Source: Myxococcales bacterium (GTDB lineage: Bacteria > Myxococcota > Myxococcia > Myxococcales > Anaeromyxobacteraceae). Taken from it: 14,454 nt of DNA. Below are positions 9,089 to 14,454 of this stretch, in pieces. The first letter of the stretch is position 1. Each line of letters opens with the position of its first letter. Location of the stretch: positions 1 through 14,454 of the forward strand of contig JBBQEB010000096.1 in the NCBI GenBank assembly GCA_038320275.1, read 5' to 3'. The notes under the pieces were generated by a model. That model saw only the letters and a program-made list of their open reading frames with translations, was not told the DNA's origin and did not search any database. The translations under genes were made by a program, and so were the position numbers.

Positions 9089-9307
9089 CTGCAGGAGCGC
9101 GGCGCGCGGGCGTTTCCCAGGTTAGGAACGCCCTGGCACCTGGGCGCAGCGTGGATCGGCGCGGGCGCGCCCCTGCAGCTCCGAAAAAGAGTCCCTGGCA
9201 AGAGCTGATGCTCTTCCAGGGGCGCCTCGGCGACGGCGGCCTTGGCTTCGGAGCTCGGCGGCGCGGTCACGGCGAAGGACGTCTCGCGCCCGGGTGCGCT
9301 TTTTCGG
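9089..9307. ncRNA. Candidate structured RNA or cis-regulatory leader (unassigned family)
   Basis: Nested inverted repeats: 9089-9101/9166-9178 (12/13), 9103-9107/9159-9163, 9108-9133 hairpin, 9181-9189/9299-9307 (9/9), 9193-9221 hairpin and an irregular 9232-9268 hairpin. Confidence 0.35.
9184..9221 (-). terminator. Intrinsic terminator-like hairpin on the minus strand
   Basis: Minus strand CCCTGGAAGAGC-ATCA-GCTCTT(G)CCAGGG (12 bp, one bulge) followed by ACTCTTTTT. Confidence 0.45.
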
Positions 9308-9336
9308 CTCTCGCGAACGGTCCTCTCCCTCCGACC

Positions 9337-12300
9337 ATGCCGCCTTCCCTGGCCTCCCCGTCCGAAGCCCCCGCGCCTCATCGTCCAGCTGCGGCGCGCC
9401 TGTCCGAAGCGCTCGCCCGGGCCTCCGGGGGTGCGGTGGACGTGGTGGGCGTGCGCGGCGCTGCGCGCGGCTGGCTCGCCCGCGAGCTCTGCGGCCCGGG
9501 CAAGGCCAGCCTCCTGCTCGCCGTCGCGCCCGACGAGGACGGCGCAGACGCGCTCGCGCGTGACCTCGCCTTCTTCTTTCCCCGCGTGAAGGGCGACCCC
9601 TCGCCGGTGCTGCGGCTGCCGGCCGATCCGGTGCTCCCGTACGACGACCTCTCGCCCGATCGTGGCCTGGAGATGGAGCGGCTCTCCGCGCTGGCGCGGC
9701 TCCACCTCGCGCCCGGCTCCGTGCGTGCGGTGGTGGTCTCGGCGCGCGCGCTGGCGCGCCGCACCCTGCCCCGCGCCGCCTTCGAGCGGCACGCCGAGAT
9801 CCTGGGCAAGGGGGTGGCCATCGATCGAGAGGCCTTCGCGGTCAAGCTCGTCGCGCTCGGCTACGCACGGGTGCCGCTGGTGGAGGACCCGGGAACCTTC
9901 GCCATCCGCGGCGGCATCCTCGACCTGTGGAGCCCCCTCGACGACCGCCCGGTCCGGCTCGAGCTGTTCGGCGACGAGATCGAGAGCGCCCGTGCTTTCG
10001 ACCCCGAGAGCCAGCGGGTCGCGAGGGGCGAGGGGGAGCTGCCGGCCTCCTCGTCCGAGGTGGAGGAGGTCATCCTCATCCCCGCGCGCGAGGCTCTTTT
10101 CACTCCGGAAGGAAAGGAGGCCGCCAAGGCCGCCGTCCGCGACGCGGCGGAGCGCGTGAACCGGCCCACCTCCCGCGTGCGCGAGATCCTCGACGCCATC
10201 GACGACGCGGCGCCCTTCTTCGGGCTGGAGGCGCTCCTTCCGGGCTTTCACGCGGGGGGCCTCGGCACGCTCGCCGACTACCTCCCGCCCGACCGGGTGA
10301 GCTGGATCGAGGGGCCGGACGCGGTCGAGACGGCCCTCGCCGACCTCGACGCGGAGCTTCTCCGCGAGCACGCGGCCACCCTGAAGCGGGACGAGCTGGC
10401 GCTTCCGCCGGAGGCGCACTTCCTTTCCCCCCAGGGCGCCCAGGCGCTCCTCGAGCGCTCGCCGCGGGTTCGCTCGCACGCGATCTGGCTGGGGGTCGCC
10501 GAGCCGCTGCGCTTCGAGCTCGGCGACACCGGGACGCTCCGGGGCGAGATCGAGAGCGCGCACGGCGACGAGGGGGCCCTAGCGCCACTCACCCGCCGGC
10601 TGGAGGAGTGGCGCAAGCGCGGCTTCGCGGCGGTGGTCGCCTGCTCGACGCGCTCTGCGGCGGACCGCCTCAAGCGGCTGCTGGAAGACCGGCGGCTCGC
10701 GGCGCGCTTCCACGACGGGCCGCCCGGCGACCCCGCGCGCCTGTACGACCCCGCCGTGCACGCGCACCTCGTCCTGGGCGACGTCTCGGCCGGCTTCGTG
10801 GACGCGGATGCGCGGCTGGCGCTCCTCTCCGACGAGGAGATCTTCGGCCGCAGGGTGAAGAAGCGCTCGCGCGCCACGAAGCTGGAGAACACCTTCGCCG
10901 CCGCCTTCCGGGACCTGAACGAGGGCGACCTGGTGGTGCACGTGGAGCACGGCGTGGCCCGCTACCAGGGGCTCACCAAGATGCAGATCCGCGGGGTCGA
11001 GGGCGACTTCCTCGTCCTCGCCTACGAGGGCGCCGACCGGCTGTACCTGCCCGTCTCCAAGCTGCGCCAGGTCCAGAAGTTCACCGGAGCCTCGCCCGAG
11101 TCGATGCGACTCGATCGGCTGGGCGGCAGCTCCTTCGCGCTCCGCAAGGCGCGGGTGAAGGAGCAGCTCCTCAAGATGGCGGCCGAGCTCCTCGACATCT
11201 ACGCCGCCCGCACCGCGCACCCCGGCTTCACCTTCCGCCCGCCCGAGGAGATCTACCGCGAGTTCGAGGCGGAGTTCCCGTACGAGCCCACCCCCGACCA
11301 GGCGAAAGCCATCGACGACGTGCTGGGCGACATGACCGGGCAGCGTGGAGCCGGCGCGCCTCCCCGGCCAGGCGCGGCGGGGACGGCGGGCGCCAAGCCG
11401 CCCATGGATCGTCTGGTGTGCGGAGACGTGGGGTACGGCAAGACCGAGGTCGCCATGCGAGCCGCCATGCTGGCGGTGCTCTCGAAGAAGCAGGTGGCGG
11501 TCCTGGTGCCCACCACCGTGCTCGCCTCCCAGCACGAGCGGACCTTCCGCGAGCGCTTCAAGGGCTACCCGGTCCGCATCGCCTCCGTCTCCCGGATGAA
11601 GGAGGGGGACGAGATCCGCGCGGTGCTGAAGGAGGTGACCGCGGGGAAGATCGACATCATCGTGGGCACGCACCGCCTGCTGGCGGCCGACATCGCCTTC
11701 AAGGATCTGGGGCTCATCGTGGTGGACGAGGAGCAGCGCTTCGGCGTCGCGCACAAGGAGCGGCTCAAGCGGCTGCGCAAGCTCGTCGACGTGCTCACGC
11801 TCACCGCGACGCCCATCCCGCGCACGCTGCACATGAGCCTCGCCGGCGCGCGCGACCTCTCCATCATCGCGACGCCGCCCGAGGACCGCCGCGCCATCCG
11901 GACCTTCGTGATGAAGTTCGACCCCATCGCGGTGCGCGACGCGATCGACGGGGAGCTGAAGCGCGGCGGACAGGTGTTCTTCGTCCACAACCGCGTCCGG
12001 TCGATCGCGGCGATGGAGAAGTTCCTGAAGGAGCTGGTGCCGAAGGCGCGGGTGGGCGTCGCGCACGGGCAGATGCCGCAGGGCAAGCTCGAGGAGGTGA
12101 TGGGGCGCTTCGTGGACAAGGAGCTCGACGTCCTCCTCGCCACCTCCATCATCGAGAGCGGCCTCGACATCCCCAGCGCGAACACCATCATCGTGAACCG
12201 CGCCGACCACTTCGGCCTGGCGCAGCTCTACCAGATCCGCGGGCGCGTCGGCCGCAGCCGCGAGCGCGCCTACGCCTACCTGCTCGTGCCGGCCCGGCGG

Positions 12301-13143
12301 CCGGTGACGAAGGACGCGCAGAAGCGGCTGGAGGTCCTGCAGCGCTTCAGCGAGCTGGGAGCGGGCTTCAAGATCGCGAGCCACGACCTCGAGATCCGCG
12401 GCGCGGGCAACCTGCTCGGCAAGGACCAGTCGGGCAACATCGCCTCCATCGGTTTCGACCTCTACACGCAGCTCCTCGACGAGGCGGTCCGCGAGCTGCG
12501 CGGGGAGGCGCCCAGGGAGGACATCGACCCGGACATCCAGCTCCCGCTGCCGGCCTTCATCCCCGACCCCTACATGCCCGACGTCCACCAGCGGCTCTAC
12601 TTCTACAAGCGGTTCGCACAGGCCTCCACCGACGGCGAGCTGGACGAGCTCCGCGCCGAGATCGTGGACCGCTACGGCGATCCTCCGGACGAGGTGGACG
12701 CGCTGCAGGCGCTCATGTCGGTGAAGGTGCGGCTGCGCGACCTGCGCATCCGGGCGCTGGAGGCCGGGCCGGGGAGGGTGGTGTTCACGCTGGGAGAATC
12801 GGCCGCCATCGACTCCTTCCAGCTCGCGAAGAAGGTTCAGGCGAGCGCGGGGGCGCTGCGTCTGACGCCCGACATGAAGCTCGTGGCGCACCTGGGGCCG
12901 GACGGGAAGCTGCGGGCGCCGGCCATGCCCCACGCTCCCGCCCGCGCGCTGCCCGCCGGGGCGGCGCGCGCGCTCCGGGCCGAGAAGGTGAAGGTTGCGA
13001 TGGCGAAGGCGGTGGCGCAGGCGCGGCCGTCGCCCGCGGCGCCGCCGGCCGGACCGTCTCCGGCGCAGGAGGCGGCGCTCGGCCGCGAGCTTCTGGCCGC
13101 CGCGCGGAGGATCCTGGACGAGCTGGCGCGCCTCCCCGCCTGA
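9337..13143 (+). CDS. mfd: Transcription-repair coupling factor Mfd, ~1268 aa
   Basis: UvrB-homology module (FAIRGGILDLW, RLELFGDEIES), CarD/RID domain (GDLVVHVEHGVARYQG), Walker A CGDVGYGKT, DEEQRFG, QIRGRVGRS, HDLEIRGAGNLLG and the TRCF domain. ATG 9337 chosen because the ORF-track extension to 8998 crosses the divergent promoter. Confidence 0.97.
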   Translation: MPPSLASPSEAPAPHRPAAARLSEALARASGGAVDVVGVRGAARGWLARELCGPGKASLLLAVAPDEDGADALARDLAFFFPRVKGDPSPVLRLPADPVLPYDDLSPDRGLEMERLSALARLHLAPGSVRAVVVSARALARRTLPRAAFERHAEILGKGVAIDREAFAVKLVALGYARVPLVEDPGTFAIRGGILDLWSPLDDRPVRLELFGDEIESARAFDPESQRVARGEGELPASSSEVEEVILIPAREALFTPEGKEAAKAAVRDAAERVNRPTSRVREILDAIDDAAPFFGLEALLPGFHAGGLGTLADYLPPDRVSWIEGPDAVETALADLDAELLREHAATLKRDELALPPEAHFLSPQGAQALLERSPRVRSHAIWLGVAEPLRFELGDTGTLRGEIESAHGDEGALAPLTRRLEEWRKRGFAAVVACSTRSAADRLKRLLEDRRLAARFHDGPPGDPARLYDPAVHAHLVLGDVSAGFVDADARLALLSDEEIFGRRVKKRSRATKLENTFAAAFRDLNEGDLVVHVEHGVARYQGLTKMQIRGVEGDFLVLAYEGADRLYLPVSKLRQVQKFTGASPESMRLDRLGGSSFALRKARVKEQLLKMAAELLDIYAARTAHPGFTFRPPEEIYREFEAEFPYEPTPDQAKAIDDVLGDMTGQRGAGAPPRPGAAGTAGAKPPMDRLVCGDVGYGKTEVAMRAAMLAVLSKKQVAVLVPTTVLASQHERTFRERFKGYPVRIASVSRMKEGDEIRAVLKEVTAGKIDIIVGTHRLLAADIAFKDLGLIVVDEEQRFGVAHKERLKRLRKLVDVLTLTATPIPRTLHMSLAGARDLSIIATPPEDRRAIRTFVMKFDPIAVRDAIDGELKRGGQVFFVHNRVRSIAAMEKFLKELVPKARVGVAHGQMPQGKLEEVMGRFVDKELDVLLATSIIESGLDIPSANTIIVNRADHFGLAQLYQIRGRVGRSRERAYAYLLVPARRPVTKDAQKRLEVLQRFSELGAGFKIASHDLEIRGAGNLLGKDQSGNIASIGFDLYTQLLDEAVRELRGEAPREDIDPDIQLPLPAFIPDPYMPDVHQRLYFYKRFAQASTDGELDELRAEIVDRYGDPPDEVDALQALMSVKVRLRDLRIRALEAGPGRVVFTLGESAAIDSFQLAKKVQASAGALRLTPDMKLVAHLGPDGKLRAPAMPHAPARALPAGAARALRAEKVKVAMAKAVAQARPSPAAPPAGPSPAQEAALGRELLAAARRILDELARLPA

Positions 13144-13150
13144 TCGCGGG

Positions 13151-13180
13151 CGGGGCAGGCAAGCGCGCTTGCCCGCGCCG
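13151..13180. promoter_or_regulatory. Palindrome/hairpin after the mfd stop (terminator-like or operator)
   Basis: Perfect 16-bp palindrome GGCAAGCGCGCTTGCC (13158-13173), extending imperfectly to 30 bp and followed by TTACGATGTGGTTTTT. Confidence 0.4.
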
Positions 13181-13236
13181 TTACGATGTGGTTTTTCTCT
13201 GCCGCCCGAGCGGTTCTTCACCGAAAAGGAGCACCC

Positions 13237-14298
13237 ATGCGCCGAGCCATCCTCCTCCTCCTGACCTGCGCCGTCGCCTGCGCGAAGCCGACCGTCCCCA
13301 CCGGCGGCGGCGGCAGCCCGGCAGTCGTGAAGGGCTCGGGGCTCACCATCACCGCGGACGAGCTCAAGGCGCGCATCGAGGAGCAGTCGCCGATGGTCCG
13401 CTCCAGCTTCTCGTCGCCGGAGCGGAAGAGGCAGTTCCTCGACAACCTCATTCGCTTCGAGCTGCTCGCGAAGGAGGCGGAGAAGGAAGGGCTGGGGAAG
13501 GACCCGGAGGTCCAGTTCACCATGAAGAAGGTGATGGTCTCCAAGTTCTACCAGCGCTTCTTCCAGGCGAAGGACGGCGCGGCGAAGCCCGTCCCGGACG
13601 CCGAGGTCCAGAAGTACTACGAGGAGCACAAGGACGAGTACCACCGGCCCGCCAGGCTGCGGGTGGCCCACATCCTGGTGAAGTCGGAGGAGGGGGCGCC
13701 CGAGCGCGCCCGGGCTGCGGCAATCGCGAAGAAGCTCCTGGCGCGGGTCCAGGCCGAGGAGAAGAAGAGCCCCAACGCCTTCACCACCCTCGCGCGCGAG
13801 ACCTCGGACGACGTGGCCTCCAAGGCGGCCGGCGGCGACCTCGGGCTCCTCACGGTGGAGGAGCTGGGAGCCCGGCTGGGCAAGGAGGCCGCCGAGGTCC
13901 TTGCGAAGCTGCCCGACGGCGCGACGGCCCCCGCCCCGGTGGAGAGCAAGCAAGGGTTCGACCTGTTGCGCCTGCTGGGGCGCCAGCCGGAGGTGAACCA
14001 ACCCCTCGACACCGTGAAGCCGCAGATCCTCGCCCGGCTGGAGTCGCAGCGGAAGACGAAGGACTTCGAGGACTATCTCAAGAAGCTGCGCGAGGACGCG
14101 AAGATCACGGTGGATGAGGCGGCACTGGACAAGGTGGCCGTCTCCTCCGGTCCGGCGGGGATGCCGTCCGGCCCCGGCGGCATGGGCCGTCCCCGCGGTC
14201 CGGCGGGCGCGATGGGCCGTCCGGGTTCGCCCGGCGCCGGTTCGGCGCCCATGCAGCGCCCGGGCGGTGCCCCTCCGGCCGCGCCTCCGGCGAAGTAG
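13237..14298 (+). CDS. Parvulin (PpiC)-type peptidyl-prolyl isomerase / PrsA-SurA-like foldase lipoprotein, ~353 aa
   Basis: RBS AAGGAG 13226-13231 and ATG 13237; lipobox AVA-C. SurA-N-like LDNLIRFELLAKEAEKEGL and VQKYYEEHKDEY; parvulin motifs VAHILVK and FTTLARETSDD..SKAAGGDLG; C-terminal YLKKLREDAKI. Confidence 0.92.
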   Translation: MRRAILLLLTCAVACAKPTVPTGGGGSPAVVKGSGLTITADELKARIEEQSPMVRSSFSSPERKRQFLDNLIRFELLAKEAEKEGLGKDPEVQFTMKKVMVSKFYQRFFQAKDGAAKPVPDAEVQKYYEEHKDEYHRPARLRVAHILVKSEEGAPERARAAAIAKKLLARVQAEEKKSPNAFTTLARETSDDVASKAAGGDLGLLTVEELGARLGKEAAEVLAKLPDGATAPAPVESKQGFDLLRLLGRQPEVNQPLDTVKPQILARLESQRKTKDFEDYLKKLREDAKITVDEAALDKVAVSSGPAGMPSGPGGMGRPRGPAGAMGRPGSPGAGSAPMQRPGGAPPAAPPAK

Positions 14299-14301
14299 CC
14301 C

Positions 14302-14454
14302 GTGCAGGACCGCCGGCGCGCCTTCGCCCTCGCCCTCGCCCTCGGCCTGGCGGCGGGCTGCGGCCGCTGCGGCGGCGTGACGCGCGAGGCAGCCCCGGCA
14401 CCGGGCCCGGCGCCAGCACCGCCCGCGGGGCCCCGCGGCCGGGCGGAGGTGAAC
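14302..14454 (+). CDS. N-terminus of a lipoprotein, possibly a second parvulin/SurA-like foldase (runs off the right edge)
   Basis: Hand translation from GTG 3 nt after the previous stop: MQDRRRAFALALALGLAAG-CGRCGGVTREAAPAPGPAPAPPAGPRGRAEVN. It has a lipobox and Pro/Ala linker, and AEVN resembles the VAxVNG start of SurA/PrsA domains. Confidence 0.65.
   Translation, partial: MQDRRRAFALALALGLAAGCGRCGGVTREAAPAPGPAPAPPAGPRGRAEVN

Noticed and set aside
9088..9135. Resemblance to an SAH riboswitch (AGGAGCGC...CCAGG)
   Set aside because: It lacks GCGYUGC, the AGGCUC P1 strand and the GCGCUC pseudoknot partner, and there is no methyl-cycle gene downstream.
301..9208. Plus-strand ORFs such as 301-618, 735-1679, 1387-3885, 3456-4661, 7044-8291 and 8330-9208
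   Set aside because: They are almost entirely antisense to well-supported minus-strand genes and have no recognisable domains.
9133..9211. Sigma54-like TGGCAC (9134) and TGGCAA (9196); similar site at 13157-13172
   Set aside because: GG-to-GC spacing is 9 or 11 nt rather than the required 10.
9181..9330. Assignment as 6S RNA, SRP RNA, glycine or c-di-GMP riboswitch, or hammerhead/HDV ribozyme
   Set aside because: Only fragments match (CTGATG, GGCGAA, GGAGAG); the conserved cores and usual gene contexts are missing by eye. cmscan would settle it.
8998..9336. 113-aa N-terminal extension of Mfd in the ORF track
   Set aside because: It overlaps the TPR start and its promoter, has atypical codons and shows no Mfd similarity.
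9049..14117. Long shadow ORFs (9927-14117 +, 10579-14001 -, 9049-10563 -)
   Set aside because: Off-frame Arg/Gly/Pro-rich or antisense reads of mfd and the PPIase; stop codons are scarce at this GC content and no protein motifs are present.
14324..14344. (TCGCCC)3 tandem repeat
   Set aside because: An in-frame hexamer encoding Ala-Leu repeats in the signal peptide; it cannot cause phase variation by frameshift.
1..14454. CRISPR array, IS/integrase, toxin-antitoxin or defence system involving the DinG-family helicase
   Set aside because: No repeat-spacer array, cas, transposase or nuclease genes were seen; the helicase has housekeeping Fe-S DinG/YoaA features in a core-gene context.

Overview
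Very GC-rich core-genome window. Gene order and protein style suggest a Myxococcota/Anaeromyxobacter-like bacterium; this is inferred, not searched. The minus strand carries a tightly packed run: TPR lipoprotein, hrcA, grpE, dnaK, dnaJ, LpoA-like lipoprotein, EGY1-like M50 site-2 protease and a DinG/YoaA-family Fe-S helicase (truncated by the window edge). Divergently on the plus strand are mfd, a parvulin-type foldase lipoprotein and the start of a further lipoprotein. I found no mobile element, CRISPR array, tRNA/rRNA or defence system, and cannot support a wholly new multi-gene system. The best unexplained signal is a ~220-nt densely base-paired element (9089-9307) between the operon promoter and mfd, with competing hairpins and U-tracts on both strands. 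Other leads are the TPR lipoprotein coupled to hrcA, a degenerate CIRCE overlapping the dnaJ start rather than the operon promoter, a tail-less DnaK and a probably inactive parvulin. All pairings and motifs were read by eye.
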